Below are positions 13,933-30,070 of a DNA stretch of 64,000 nucleotides, one piece after another. The stretch spans positions 53,692,001 through 53,756,000 of the forward strand of contig OX597825.1 of NCBI GenBank assembly GCA_951406725.2, written 5' to 3'. A model generated the notes under the pieces. The model saw nothing but the letters and a program-made list of their open reading frames with translations, did no database searches and was not told where the DNA came from. Each line of letters opens with the position of its first letter. Position 1 is the first letter of the stretch. The position numbers and the translations under genes were made by a program. Source of the DNA: Octopus vulgaris (Eukaryota).

Positions 13933-15519
13933 TCATTGTGGTCGCTATGATTAAACCCTGAAAAGAAAGTGAACATTGGAAAATAGAAGTACGGAAACGT
14001 TAGGTTCATATCAAACGTAAACCTCAACGCTAAATAAGAATACACAAGCTATCCAACTTCAATCTAGAGCCTGACTAGAAAGTAGACGTTACCTGAAATG
14101 AACAGATTAAATATAAAGAAAACCAGGCAACTACTAACCGAGTTTGAAAGGTAGAAGAGGAAAGTTGAATTTCGGAATAAATATGAAGTGTAAGACTAGA
14201 AAATAGACTGAAACAAGTAAAAGAAAAAAGAGAGCTGATCAGTGTGAAAGGCAAGCAAAAACGTGAAATGAATAAAGTAAAAATCTCTTCATATTAGGAA
14301 ATGATGGTGATTGAGAACATAGAAAGAAAAACAGATTCAGATAACTGCAAAACAATAGAAATTGTTTAAAAAACAGAAAACCATTATAGACCTACACGAT
14401 ATACTAAAGAAAATAATAAGGAAAGTGACGAAGATCAGCGTGAAAGACACCAGCCGAAAAAAGAGGAAATGAACGAAAATGTAAGACAACCGTGCTGCAA
14501 ATATTCTGGGCTAAGTACAAAATACAAATTGTTTTATAGCAGGATGAATGCCTAGCAAGGAATAATTACGAATAAAGAAACAATAAAAAACTATTTAAAA
14601 AATATACAGTGTGTGCCACCAGAGAACTCAGCATATGTTCTTTTCACCAGAAATTTCCGAGACAAATTCCAGTCATAAAAATGAGTGAGTCGGCGTTTAT
14701 GACCATTGATAACTGGCGTCCAAGGACTTAGATACATGGGGCATAATAATCCGGTACCATTTCTCTTTGTTCTTGATGTCCAGGTTGACAAGGAGATAAA
14801 AAGTTATTTATCAATGAATGGTAGAACGGGCATGATTTTACTTTGGTCTGATGAGGTCATTAGCAGAAAAGTAGTGGAAAGCGTATCATAGTACAAGGAT
14901 CATGTTCCGAAATAACCAGGATGTTGGGCATGAAAATGACAGCATTTCCATTAATGATTTACACCAAACCCGACTAACCATATTACAACGCAAAACGAGA
15001 AGCATTCAACATACCCATAAATATAATTGACGACAAACAACTCAGAAGCACTACGGTGGTCGGTGGCGCCAGAGAAAGTCACGTGGAAACATTGAAACAG
15101 AATAAATAATAATTTGATTGATCGGCAGGAGTGAACAGCCGGCTTTCACATACCGGTTTGTCTTGATATCTTGCACTATATTTTCGTTAATAGTTTTTGG
15201 TATCTTTATAGAGGCTAGCAGACACAAGCAGCTCCTGGTCTCGACTTATTTAATGCACTGTTAAGAGAAATTAAGTTAAATGGACCGGAGCTAGAAGAAA
15301 TTAAATATATTGTTCCAGAATACAACGCGCCGCCCAGTCGAGGAAATGAATCCAGAACCTTGTGAGGAAAATTTATAATGTCGACCGTAATACCTAACTG
15401 CATTCACATATTAAGAATTCTAGACAGATACAGAGTTGATTTGGGCTCAGTGAATATCAACAAAGAGCATCACAGACGAAAATTAAATGCAAAAGCACTG
15501 CACCATGCATATAATATAA

Positions 15520-15690
15520 TTTTTATAATAAGAGGATTCTGCATTGGACTCAAAGCTACCACATTTGAGGGAGTGGGTTTCATTGATATTACCAACCTCG
15601 GACATGACAAGTCGGCTGAATTCAAAATAGGAACATTAGAACAAAAACCACAGTGCATTTATTCCGACTCTCTAACGATTCTGCTAGATT
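15520..15690 (-). mobile_element. SINE family B, highly degenerate
   Basis: Contains CTAACGATTCTGCTAG and ACATTTGAGGGAGTGGGTTTCATTGATATTACCAACC, resembling the head and tail of family B. Confidence 0.4.
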
Positions 15691-16438
15691 ACTGGTTACA
15701 ACAAATTTAGAGGAGGCTGAATCGTTATCATAGTCATCATTCACAACACCACACATATTCAATTTTCAATATCAATATTATCAACCACAACAACAGTATA
15801 ATTGTCAATAATTTTATTATTAGAGTTGCAGAATCGTGAGGTCTTCAATTGAATTTTAGCAACCTGTGTATTGCGTCTTTCTAGGTACTGGGTACTAAAT
15901 TCACTAATTCAGAATCAAAATGTCCAGAACACGCGACAAGTACAAACTAGATTTCATGCACAACCGCTACCCGTCGTAGTTATGGTCCTACATCAGTGTT
16001 AGAAATAATAAATTTTATTGTCAACGTAGGCAAAACATTAGACGAAGTTATACAGAAACAGGCGAAATGGGAATAAAGCATTTGTTTGTTTTTTGTTTTA
16101 TTCCAAGGGGTGATAATATTCATATTAATACATTTTTCAACGTATAGATAACTATAGACAATCAAACACGTACATACACATATTTGTATTTGTGTATATA
16201 TATAAGTTTTGTGCTCGACTGTTATTTTCCCTTGGGAGTTAACAGGTTGTTAAGCAGCCAAGAACAAGAGTGAATTAAAAATCAGGTGAAATCATCGATA
16301 CTAGAAGTGACGTCGTAGGAGAAAAGATAATGACTAGATATCTGATAAACAGATGAATTTCCATCTGCAACAATTTAACACTGTCGACACAGGAGACCTG
16401 CCATACACAACTGTTCCTCACATTTGTCTGCTGCATTA

Positions 16439-16487
<49 letters not shown>

Positions 16488-16735
16488 AGCGAGAGATAGA
16501 TAGATTTATATATTTATGTATATATATACACACAGACACACACACACACACACATATGTGCACACGCAAATATCTGCACGTGTAAACATATATATGTATA
16601 AATGTTCATATATAATGTGAGTTTGTATGTGCGTGCGTGTGTATGTGTGTATACAAACGCACGCATACACACGCACGCACGTACAAACGCACACACACAC
16701 ATACACACACACACACATATATATATATACATATA

Positions 16736-17144
16736 GGCGCAGGAGTGGCTGTGTGGTAAGTAGCTTGCTTACCAACCACATGGTTCCGGGTTCAGTCCCA
16801 CTGCGTGGCATCTTGGGCAAGTGTCTTCTACTATAGCCTCGGGCCGACCAATGCCTTTTGAGTGGATTTGGTAGACGGAAACTGAAAGAAGCCTGTCGTA
16901 TATATGTATATATATATATGTATTTGTGTGTATGTTTGTGTGTCTGTGTTTGTCCCCCTAGCATTGCTTGACAACCGATGCTGGTGTGTTTACGTCCCCG
17001 TCACTTAGCGGTTCGGCAAAAGAAACCGATAGAATAAGTACTGGGCTTACAAAGAATAAGTCCCGGGATCGATTTGCCTGACTAAAGGCGGTGCTCCAGC
17101 ATGGCCGCAGTCAAATGACTGAAACAAGTAAAAGAGTAAAAGAG
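16736..17144 (+). mobile_element. SINE family A, full length, young
   Basis: tRNA-like A/B boxes, CORE-like CTTGGGCAAGT, internal (TA)n(TG)n and a tail shared with a CR1-group LINE. The recurring pseudo-ORF [29 protein letters not shown] appears in three copies. Confidence 0.92.
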
Positions 17145-17491
17145 TATACACACACACATATATATATATATGTATATATATGTATGTATATGGAGAGTGA
17201 ACTAGACAGCCTGAAAGACAAACAAATAAACAGACCTGCATACAAATATATGTATATGCCGTCAGCATTAGTCTGGCCTAGTGTGAAATGCAATGGAGTA
17301 GAGTCAAATTTTAATATGGTAGATATGTGTATCCACATGAATACTGAGTTCCATATCAGATAATGTGCACATCACTTACGATGATATATAAATGTTTATT
17401 TTTTTTATATAGTTTGCAATTCTTACTTTACGATACACATAGATGTATGCATGTGTATATAATATATAACCACGCACATAAATACACACAC

Positions 17492-17530
<39 letters not shown>

Positions 17531-17535
<5 letters not shown>

Positions 17536-17760
17536 CTTTACTACCCACAAGGGGCTAAACACAGAGGGGACAAACAAGGACAGACAAACGGATTAAGTCG
17601 ATTATATCGACCCCAGTGCGTAACTGGTACTTAATTTATCGACCCCGAAAGGATGAAAGGCAAAGTTGACCTTGGCGGATTTTGAACTCAGAACGTAACG
17701 GCAGACGAAATACTGCTACGCATTTCGCCCGGCGTGCTAACGATTCTGCCAGTCCGCCTT
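17531..17760 (-). mobile_element. SINE family B, full length
   Basis: Reverse complement: GGCGGACTGGCAGAATCGTTAGCACGCCGGGCGAAATG..TTCTGAGTTCAAAATCCGCC..ACTTTGCCTTTCATCCTTTCGGGGTCGATAAATTAAGTACCAG..TAAAGAAATA. Flanked by (TA)n. Confidence 0.85.
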
Positions 17761-17784
17761 ATATATATATATATATATATATAT

Positions 17785-18170
17785 AGGTGCAGGTGTAACT
17801 GTGTGCTAAGACTCCTGTGTCCCTAGCCACATGGTACTGGGTTCAGTTCAACTCCCTGTCACCTTGGGAAAGCACCTTCTAATATAATCTTGGGTCTACC
17901 AAAGCCTTTTGAGTTTTACTTACGAAAACTGAAAGAAGCTCTTCGTATTAATATGTATAAATCTATGTGTGTTTCATTTTAGACGCCCTTCACCATCGCT
18001 TAAAACGTGCTGGTTTGTTTATGTCTCCACATCTTAGTAGTTTCTCATAGAGCCCGAAGGAATAAATAACACCCTTTAAAAAATAGGATGCTAGTGTTGA
18101 TTTATTCGACGAATCTCATCAAGGCTTGCTCCTCTATTACCTCAGACTAATAACTGAAATAAGTAAAACA
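17785..18170 (+). mobile_element. SINE family A, old copy
   Basis: Degenerate head GGTGCAGGTGTAACTGTGTGCTAAG..CCACATGGTACTGGGTTCAG, AAACTGAAAGAAGC, tail ACTGAAATAAGTAAAA. Confidence 0.7.
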
Positions 18171-18516
18171 TAAATGATATGTATGTGTATTTAGTGTGCG
18201 TATCTGTGAGTTGTCAGCTCGTGTGTATTTGTAAGAATATCAACGTATTTTCAAATACTGGTGTGCAGTTTGTGTTTATTGGTAAACACCATGCCACTAG
18301 CAGCTTGATAGACCTACGATATGAGTAACTCATAGGTTTATTCACTTGTATATGTTGAATGAAGCCATGGCTATCCAATTTTCATTGCTAAACGTGAGTC
18401 ATATGATTAAATAATTATATTGCTGGTCAAAATTATATATTTCTGGCCTAGTATGTTGGAAAGTTCAAAACGTGGAATAATTTCCAATTCCGGCCTATAC
18501 TCCGCAAGAAGGAACC

Positions 18517-19050
18517 ATCATCATCATCATCATCATCATTGTTCGACCGTGGTCGAGACAATAGAATTTACCATGCTACGCCAGACTTCACGGTCCATCA
18601 TAGCATTACGGAGGTCCTGTTGCTGGATGCCTGTATCCCTGGAGATTACATCAGGTTAGGAGAGTGTGCACTGTTGGATAGGCACTTGTTTATATATTCA
18701 GACTACACAATTTGATGCTTGTTCGAGAGATTGTAAAAGAGACTGAGCATTGGGGAGAGAATCACTGATAAGAGCGATGTCGTCAGCAAAGTCAGTGTCT
18801 GTCAAGTATTCAGCTGGGTGTCTGGAACTTCTTGGTTCTATTTCAAAGCCCTTGCCAGAGATGGTATCAACTGACATACGTAGCACAAAGTCAACGACAA
18901 TGATGAAGAGAAATGGGGCGAGTGTGTCTCCCTGCAGTATTCCGGCTTTGATTGAGAAATATGATGTTTCTCCGTCAGGGGTTAAGATGGTTGAAGACGT
19001 ATCTGTGTAGAGGACCTTGAAAGCAGAAATGACTTTGTCTGGAACCATAC
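18517..19050 (-). mobile_element. RTE-clade LINE remnant (RT core joined to the 3' end by internal deletion)
   Basis: GILQGDTLAPFLFIIVVD..DTDFADDIALIS (RT domains 4-5). 3' end with a (GAT)n tail at 18517-18540. Confidence 0.85.
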
Positions 19051-19849
19051 GCCACGTTTGTTCGATCAGAATCTTATTGTTTTGGGTGGAGAGGAATCAG
19101 TCTTTCATTTATTTTGCATTTATCCAAGAATAACCACTTTCGGGAGACTCACTGTAGTTAGTAGATGTTTGCATCAGGTCACGTGATATCGCCAACTAAT
19201 TTAATATGCGGTGCTCCTCTGTAAAAAAATGCTACAATATACTGATCCTTTGATGAATGGATAGTATTATATTAAGAAATGTAGGAAGAAGTAAATTAGG
19301 GGATGGTAAAGAAGAATAAAAGGGAGGAAGAGGGTGGAAGAAGGCAAATAAAGAATTGGGAACAATATAGTAGGTCATCGCAATTTTGGGTAAGAGCATT
19401 TTACGCGGTGGAATCAACCTCGTAGTTGTTGCAAACAATATATTATTCACGCCAAGTGGATAAAAACTTAATCTACCTCATAGGGATTTAAACATAGAAT
19501 TTAAAATCCTACTAAATATATTAATTAAATTCTGAGACCCTGTTAATCTGCTATTGAAAGTTTATGGGGAATTCAAGAGCAAAACCCATAAGAAAAGGAT
19601 AAAGGGAGATGATAAAAATAGTAACAAACTAGCAGAAGAAACAAAAGGAAAACGTCTATATAAAGGTGGGAAGCAATAATATAGAGTGATGCGTTGCACA
19701 ACATATCAAAGCACAGAATACCAATGGACAACGAATGCGAGGGTCAGCTTGCTGCAGCACATGTTGGTTAAGAATATTTTCCCAATCTAATTTCATCCCT
19801 ACCAAATAAATGTCACATCATTAGAAAGTAATAACAATAATAATATTAA

Positions 19850-20169
<320 letters not shown>

Positions 20170-20495
20170 GATGCCGTTAATGATTGTGTCGGCATGTGGT
20201 TACGTTAACTGTGTTTACTAGTTAGTAGATGAAATGAGAGAAGTTTACTGAATTAAGACGAAACGACGGTATTAATTGTCCGGTGTGTTGGAAGACCTGC
20301 TGTCTGGACTTCTTTATTAAGCTGAAGCCAGGTTACAATAGGACTGATAGGGAGATGAATAGTATTTAATTAACGTCTCGAATCCCACCTCTCTCTTATA
20401 CATACGTATATACATACATGAATACAGGTACAAAAATAGACACGGATGCACTTATACATGAACACACACTAACATATATATGGGAGTGTATGTGC

Positions 20496-20547
<52 letters not shown>

Positions 20548-20612
20548 TTTTGGAAAACAAATATATATATGTATGCATATATATGTATATATATATATAT
20601 ATTTTTTTTTTC

Positions 20613-20665
<53 letters not shown>

Positions 20666-20683
20666 AATAATTTTGGAAAACAA

Positions 20684-20745
<62 letters not shown>

Positions 20746-21230
20746 TATGTATATATAATATATATATATACACTATAATAAATACATACATACATATACG
20801 CACTTATCCACATCTATACAACATATATATGTGTGTGTGTATGTGTATATATATATATATATATATGACATTTGAAAGTATAAATACACATATATAGATG
20901 TGTATGTATGTGTGTATATATAATGATTCAAGGTTTGTAGGAAATGTAATTGAATTTGATGCAGACAGATTGAGAACCACGTGTTCGCACATGTCTACAA
21001 CAATGCGTGCCTAATCAAATACACACGTTTATATATACATGCATACATGCATGCATATATACATATATACATACATGCATGTATACATGTATATATATAC
21101 ACACATATAAGTATATATATATAGAAATACATACATGAATACATATATGCATACGTATATACATACATCCATATACACATATATACATATACATAATACA
21201 TACATATATGTATATATATTTATGTATATA

Positions 21231-21271
<41 letters not shown>

Positions 21272-21339
21272 TCATAAATATGATTTTATCAACTGATTTA
21301 AAGAAGAATTTTACGAGTGAGAGAATTGAGGTCAACGCT

Positions 21340-22010
21340 ATGATATTATTATAGGAGAATATTTGACAATCGACCATGTGAAGGATATAGTTCTAGAGTT
21401 TATATCTTATCGCTGCACTTCAAATGCAATAGCTACATGTAAGTTCAGATGAGTGGTTCAAATGTTTCCTCGGTGGCCGAAAATATGTCGATATTGAAGA
21501 AGTTCTGTAAAACCTGCAACCAGCGGAAATGAGAAAAACATCGCAGATATGCGTACACCAATGAGAGGCAATTGTCGAATCACCATCTGTGAAATATCAG
21601 AGGATGTGCAGATTAGTTACCGTTCAGTTCAGTCCATTATCACCGGTGATTTGAGTAGGAGACACATATAGGCCTAGCTGATCAAAAAGACACTCGGGTT
21701 TCAGTTGCACAAAACCTCCATGATTGTGTAGATACTGACGAAAACCTTTTGACGACATTGTGCAGGCCTCTGAGTATGTATCACCAAGGTTTTGGCAAAA
21801 TTTGATGTAGATTATCTGCTAAACTTTCTCTGTCGTTATCAGTGCTATGATCACCTTTCTTACAAGCACTGCTGTAAACAACTGTAGAGAACTAGAACGT
21901 TAAAATTCAGTGCGCATATCTTGCAGAGTTCAAGGCCAAGCAGCTTTACCCTGCGTTCTTTATTGTCGTTGCTATGACAACAGTTCTGATACTTACTGAT
22001 CAGACCACGT
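21340..22010 (+). mobile_element. Mariner-derived non-autonomous element (transposase N-terminal HTH on +, inverted 5' end and TIR at right)
   Basis: + strand: PATSGNEKNIADMR..RITICEISEDVQISYRSVQSII. - strand 21760-21840: TEKV*QIIYIKFCQNLG. Mariner-type TIR TACGTGGTCTGATCAGTAAGTATCAGAAC (reverse complement at ~21982-22010). Confidence 0.7.
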
Positions 22011-22201
22011 ATATATATATATATATATATATATTATTTTTAGGGAATAGAGATTCCGGCAGAACAGAGGTTCACATTATTCTAAATGAAGAAATATATT
22101 TTAATTTAGAGATAGTAGACCCCTACATCTCACCCCTACATATGTATATATATATATGAGATATGTATTGAGTCTTATTTACGGGTTAACCCGAATCAAC
22201 C

Positions 22202-22249
<48 letters not shown>

Positions 22250-22256
<7 letters not shown>

Positions 22257-23574
22257 GAAGGTTTGAAAATGCAATTTTAAAAGATGTATATTCACTTGAC
22301 GGTTTCACATTTTTAGGAAAATAAGTCAAATGTAACATGTAAAAGCTTTGTTCTGTTAGGTACTGGTTGACACAAGATATATTATAATACATATATACAT
22401 TCTCTGATAAGAAGAACATGTTAAAAACAGTTTACAAGGAAAAATCTTGGGAAAATATGAAAAAGTTCATTAAAATATTAGGCACAAAAAATTACAATAC
22501 ATATATACATTCTTTGATAATAAAAAGAACATTTTAAAAACAGTTTACAGAAAAAACTTCAGAGATTATTAAAAAGTTCATAAAAATATGTGTCTTTAAT
22601 ATTTGTTAGGGTGTTGTGTGTGCGCTAGTGTGTGTATGTATTTGTTCGCATATGTGTATGTGTGCGTCTGTGGGCGCGTGTGCATGCTTGTGTATTTTTT
22701 GTGTTGTGTGTGTGTAGGTGAGTATGTGTGTACACCCTAACAAATATTAACCACACACACACAAACGTGCACACATATACACACACCATCCTACCAAATA
22801 TTAAACACAGAGAGACACATTTACATACACCACAATAAACCCTGGGACCAATCACAAACGGCCACCACACACAAACACAAGCACAAAGAGAGAGACACAT
22901 ACACACTCACACCATTCTGACCTCTAAAGACCGATCCCCAAAACCACTGAACCTTGAAAACACAAAAACTTCTTTTCAATTCCACATTGCTCTTCCTTCC
23001 CCCCACCCAAACACACCTCCTAAAATGTCCCTTGAAATAGAAAATAGTATTTTACGTTAAATGGTGAAACAGGTCAGTTCATCCCAAATTCTTTGTAAAC
23101 TAAATATATCTCCTTCTGTGTGTATGTATATATATATACTACCAAAATATGACCTTTTTGAACTTATAATTTTCTGTGTGTATATATAGATATTTCCAAA
23201 CAAACATGATTTCTAATGAAATCCTTATATTTTTTCCTGTAAACTGTGTTTAACATTTTCTTATTATTATCAAATATGTATATATGTATTGTAATGTTTT
23301 GTGCCTAATATTTTAATGAACTTTTTTAATATTTTCCCAAGATTTTTCCTTGTAAACTGTTTTTAACATGTTCTTATTATTATCAATACGTATGTATATA
23401 TGTATTGCAATATTCTGTGACAACCAGTACCAAACACAACAAAGCTTTTACATGTTACTTTTCACAATCTTTTTCTAAAAAAGTGAAAGCGGTCAAGTGA
23501 ATAAACCTTTTAAAATTGCATTTTCAAACCTTCTTTCATATATAATTCCATTCGTGCGGTACCTTACAACTTTG

Positions 23575-23578
<4 letters not shown>
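22250..23578. mobile_element. Family C: two ~310-bp copies in inverted orientation (22250-22560 / 23230-23545) around a ~650-bp spacer
   Basis: ATGAAAGAAGGTTTGAAAATGCAATTTTAAAAG.. vs ..CTTTTAAAATTGCATTTTCAAACCTTCTTTCAT. Internal ~115-bp tandem subrepeats. Decayed GAAA-CCGG-TC-AAG hammerhead-like ends. Confidence 0.75.
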
Positions 23579-23622
<44 letters not shown>

Positions 23623-24170
23623 ATGTATGTATGTATGTATGTATGTATGTATGTATGTATGTATGTATGTATGTATATATATATATATGTATATATCTTA
23701 GTATGTCAACAAATTTAAGACCATCACCGGAATTTGAGCACTCGTATTAGACATTTTGTTTTTACAGGCATGAGTTTCCTTAGATTTAATTCCCTTTTGC
23801 TCGCTAGCTATACTTGTAGTGCCCTGCAACGGAGGTAAATTCTAGTTCTTTTCTATTTCAGATATTATCTAGGCAGAATGAATTACGTTGGCTAACATAA
23901 CGTCGACTGTAACTTCCGTTATTGATTTCGTACAAGTGATGGCAAATGCTGGAATCATTTCCGTCAATAAACTGCTTGGGTTTTGAAATACAATCTGTCA
24001 CGGATTAATAAACTTTCAAGTTTGAAGGTATCGGTGCCTCTCCCCCTTTCTCTTTCTCTTCTTCTTTCTCTCTCTCTCTATATATATATATCTACCGATC
24101 TATCTGTCTGTCTGTGTATTTCTGTGGCTGTCTGTCAGTTTCTCTACATATTTACCGATGTATATCATCT

Positions 24171-25530
<1,360 letters not shown>

Positions 25531-25739
25531 AAAAAGGAATTGACAGAAATTATATTGGATTGTGTATACAAAGACTTCAACTTAAACGCCACGTCACACC
25601 AGAACAAATATATTTTAGAACTTAACTGAACATTACACATCTTAAATACTATTTTCCTGTGTGGAAATGTTTATAAACAAAGTAAATGGAACGTCAATGG
25701 GTTCCCCTCTAGAACCCGCGTTGTCAGCATAAAGTTGCA

Positions 25740-26870
25740 CCCATATTGTCAACACCTTTTGCTATTTCAGTGGTAGCTTGTCCAGCTCGGAACATTAAAA
25801 ACCTGGCAATGTAGAGTCAATAAAATCTTGGAAGACCTGTCTTGCAGTATCGTCGGAATTAAATTGTTATCCTATCAAAAAGTTATCCAGATTCTGGAAG
25901 AAGTGGTAGTCAGTGGAGGCAAGATCAGGAGATCTTGCCCTGCAGTTTCGCCAATGTCATTTTTGCTATGTGTGGTCTGGCGTTGTCTTGCAATAAGAGT
26001 GGATCTGTTGACTAATCTAGGCAGTTTTTTGTAAGTTACTGCATCATTTGGCCCCGGTCGTTGTAGTATACTTCGGCCGTGATTGATGAACCAGGTTTAA
26101 TGAAATCATAAGGGATCACACCTGCGCCAGACCACCAAACACAAACCATGAGTTACTTTTGATGAATTTTGCTTTTGGACTGTGTTTTGGTGGCTCCCGT
26201 TTGTCCAGCAATTGTGCTGAACGTTTACGGCTGTTGTACTGGATTCATTTCTCATCACATGTTACAATTCGATTCAAAAATGATTCATTTTTGGGACGTG
26301 AAAGTAGCATAATGCAGGCTTCCAAACCTTGCTGCTTCTGACTTTCATTGAATGCGTGTGGAACCCACTTATCAAAAATTTTCACTTTAGCGATTTAAAC
26401 TAGATGAGTCAATATTGGTTACTTGCCAACACCAAACAACAACGATAATTCACTGGTACTTTGGATGGATCTGACTCGACTGTGGCTTTCAGTTCTCCAC
26501 CTTTCTTTCTGGTCGACCGCGTTGCTCATTTGTGACGTCAAAGTTACCAGAACAAAGTTTTGCAAACCAATTTAATACTTTCTGCTGAAATAGTCCATTA
26601 ATGTTCCGAGTTGTCTGTTATGCTGTATTTCCAAGAAAGGTTTCATATTTCAAAACTGTTTGAATTTCCGACTTATTTATCTCTAAACAAAAATAGCAAA
26701 AAACGATATATAAATACTTCATAAAGCTCAAAACGAGTTAGAATAAAGGAATAGATGTGTCAGCTTTCTAACAAAAAAGATTGTCAATATATAATAATGG
26801 CGCAAAATGAGCATCTGTGAAAGTTTACCATATACCTTACTACAAAATTCATACTTGATGACCTAATAAT
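25740..26870 (-). mobile_element. Degenerate mariner transposase
   Basis: - strand encodes KWVPHA (~26352-26370), RIVTCDEK (~26250-26275) and a decayed LP.KWQKV-like C-terminus (~25750-25785). Many stops and frameshifts. Confidence 0.75.
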
Positions 26871-26945
26871 ATATTGCAAAACCAATAAGATGAAATCCCT
26901 ACTTACGAATAACAAATCACAGGCATTTAAGTCCAAGAAGAAGCA

Positions 26946-28198
26946 TATGAGAGTCGTTTGAAATGTTCGTAGACTTATCTAGATACTGTCATACAATGTG
27001 ACCAAGTGACATTTATTTCTGAACATTGTCCCATTTGTGTTTCAGACAGTTCTTCCGTCGTTCTTAAGGTGCTTGGATGCCATTGGGGAAAAAGGTTTCA
27101 TCCTGTTGGTAAACAAAAGCCCTCATCAACAGCAGATATGACGCCATCATCACTGCGATACTTGTTCTAACTCAAGTGTTCCTTCATGCAGATGATAGTC
27201 ATATTAGGAAGGATGATCAACCATGTCAAATCTATAGTTACGCTCAACAACCATTGAAACCAAGGACTTGTTTAGTAGAGCACTGTCCTGAAGAAAAAAA
27301 AACCCTTTGTCCAGTTTGTTCTCGATAGCCTTTCGTAAGTGCTTCTGCGAATTGGTATAGCACTCTCCGTTAATGGTGTGGCCCTATTGAAGATTGTCAA
27401 TTCATATCATGCTATTTGCATTCCCAAACATTATTGCCATCATCACCTTTGCAGATGAAATGTTGATGAGCTGTTGATGAAATGTTTGAGCAGTTGATGA
27501 AAGGTGTTTTCACTGCATACATTATCTCTTCGTCTCTGACTCAAAGTGACGAAACCTACACATATCCTGAATTAGGAAACGTTTAAGGAAACCAGCTGAA
27601 TCTGCCCTGTAGTTATCAGGCTGGCACGCTTTTGATTATATATCAGAAGATGTGGCACCCACCGAACAGAAACCTTCGTCATGTCAAGTTCATTGAGCAG
27701 AATGTTCTCAAATCTCTCACAGGATATGCTGTTAGCATTTGCTATTTGATTAATATTCAATCTCCAGTCATCCATTATTACATGGTGAACATGATCAGTA
27801 TTTTCCTCGGTAGTGATAGTTGCAGGGCCTTTCAGAACTTGGGTCTTCTTCAAGATTATCCGTTTCCCTCCGAAAAGGAGCTGCCCACTTTTGCACTGTT
27901 GATAAACCTGAAACTCATTCCATAATGTAGCAACCATGTCAGCCCGAATGTTTTTGGAGGATAAAGCCTTTTCCTCCAAGTACCTGATAACAGCATGATA
28001 CCAAATGTTTTTCAATTTTCGAAGAAGTCGCTGCCACTCACTTTTGAAGTATTCTTTGAACAGTCATGTGCGTTTACATGGATAGACACAATGCAGCTAT
28101 TTGTAAGAGAATTGAAATGAATGCATGATGAAAGATTTCACAACTCTGGCATCTCTCCTTCATAGTCAGTCGATGAACTTTTCAGTCCACCCTCGTAC
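26946..28198 (-). mobile_element. Full-length degenerate mariner transposon with TIRs
   Basis: ORF 27572-28015 ..PATITTEENTDHVHHVIMDDWRL..KVSVRWVPHLL. TIRs TATGAGAGTCGTTTGAAATGTTCGTAGACT vs TACGAGGGTGGACTGAAAAGTTCATCGACT. About 1.25 kb. Confidence 0.85.
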
Positions 28199-29000
28199 AG
28201 TGAGCAAAATAACATGAAAGTTGCATTTTGCGCAACTTCACCCATAACATAAAAAATATACAAGTACACGACACCTTCGTCGGCTCACTGCGCATTTAGA
28301 AGGAGCAATTACAAAACACTACTCCAAATGCTATTGAACGAAGCTAGATAGGAATGCAAACACCGAAAATACTTCTATACATTATTGAATAATCCTCAGA
28401 AAAACAAATACTGATGATGGAATCAAAACTGATACTGTAGCGCAAGGCTACAACACACTCAAACATGCACTCAAATACATAGACAAAATTGGAATTCTGA
28501 CGAAGTAAAAATGCAAACAATATAATAATAAAGTTTTAATGTGAAAAGATGTATAAATATAAGACACGTATTAAAAATGTAAGGCAGTACAGAAACAACT
28601 CGACATGTAGAATGTAGAGCTGAGACAAAATGAAAAAGTTGATAATAAAAATGTAGTGATGAATTCGGGCGAATAAGTGTTTCAAAGCGAAATATAAGTT
28701 TCGTATACATACGCACAAGAAAGCGTTAACATAGAAAAAAGATTAAATAGTGACATCGTCATGTTTTCAATATAACATAGTTAAAAGAAAAGATTTACTT
28801 CGTGTACAAAAATTACAAACACATATATGTATGTATATATATATGTGTGCGTGTGTGTATGTATGTGTGTGTATGTGTTTGTGCGTATGTATGTCTAAGG
28901 GTTCAGGGAAATTATATCTATTTTATTGACACTAAATATAACAGCGTTTGAGATTTCAATTCTCTACTTTCATAAAGTTTCAGTGTAAGGTTGAGTGAAA

Positions 29001-29034
<34 letters not shown>

Positions 29035-29129
29035 TTTTCGTTGTCTGTCATATTTTGCGTGTGTCTATTTTTTCCTGTAAATCTGTTGTTGTAAATCTCA
29101 TTGTCTTTAATGGTGTTGTTATTGTCATT

Positions 29130-29433
29130 TATGTTGTTGTTGTTACTGCTGTTGCTGTTGTGGTTTTCGTTTTCTTTTTTCATCATTTCCTTCCTCTTCT
29201 TCTTCTTCTTCTTCTTCTTCTTCTTCTTCTTCTTCTTCTTCTTCTTCTTCTTCTTCTTCTTCTTCTTCTTCTTCTTCTCTTGTTGTTATTGTTTTTGTCG
29301 TTGTTGTCGTTGCTTTGGCTGTGCCGTCGTGGAATTGCTGCAGTAACACAGAGATAAGGTAATCTGCCAAAGAAATCTGATAGGAAATCTAATCAGAACT
29401 TGAAAAAGAAATTAATTCATCAGTGTAAATATC

Positions 29434-29508
<75 letters not shown>

Positions 29509-30007
29509 TGTATCTTACTTTAACGTCAAATTCTAACTGTGATGATGATAATAATGATGATGGTGAGAATGATGGTGAGAAGGGAGAGAATAGAAATGAC
29601 GATGGTAATATCAAAAGGAACATGGTACTCATAATATTGGTAAGGGAGATGGAGATGACAATGAAGATGATAAGGATGAAAGTGATGATGATGATGATGA
29701 TGATGATGGTGGCGGCGGTGGTGTTGGTGGTATTAGTGGTAGTGTTAGTGGTAGTGGTGGCGGTGGTGGTGGTGGTGGTGGTGGTGCTGGTATTGATGGT
29801 GGTGGTAATGGTGGTGGTGGTGGTGGTGGTGGCGGCGGTGGTGATAATGGTGGTGGTGGCGGGATGTTGGTGGTGATGGTGGTAGTATTGGTGTTGGTGA
29901 TGATGATGCGGAGAACGAAGACATTGGTGATGTTGGTGGTGATGATAATGAGTGTCGATAATGACGATGTTAAAAGCAGCGGCGGTGGTAATGCTTGTGA
30001 CGACGAC

Positions 30008-30046
<39 letters not shown>

Positions 30047-30070
30047 AAGGATCATCATGACCATCGTCAT
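29130..30070. repeat. Compound trinucleotide microsatellite field (TTC/GTT/AAT/GAT/GGT)
   Basis: Directly visible; source of the homopolymer pseudo-ORFs. Confidence 0.9.

Noticed and set aside
14848-14875. CTGATGA...GAAA spacing like a hammerhead
   Set aside because: No stem I, II or III pairing. Similar isolated CTGANGA hits at ~3209, 28411 and 46416 also fail.
14700-15400. Faint RT-like words (TGVQG..PFLFVL; GLDLFNAL)
   Set aside because: Too decayed to assign a family; possibly ancient LINE debris.
20543-20685. Repeated AATAATTTTGGAAAACAAAT separated by variable TA tracts (CRISPR-like look)
   Set aside because: Only two units inside a microsatellite, consistent with local slippage duplication; eukaryotic context with no cas genes.
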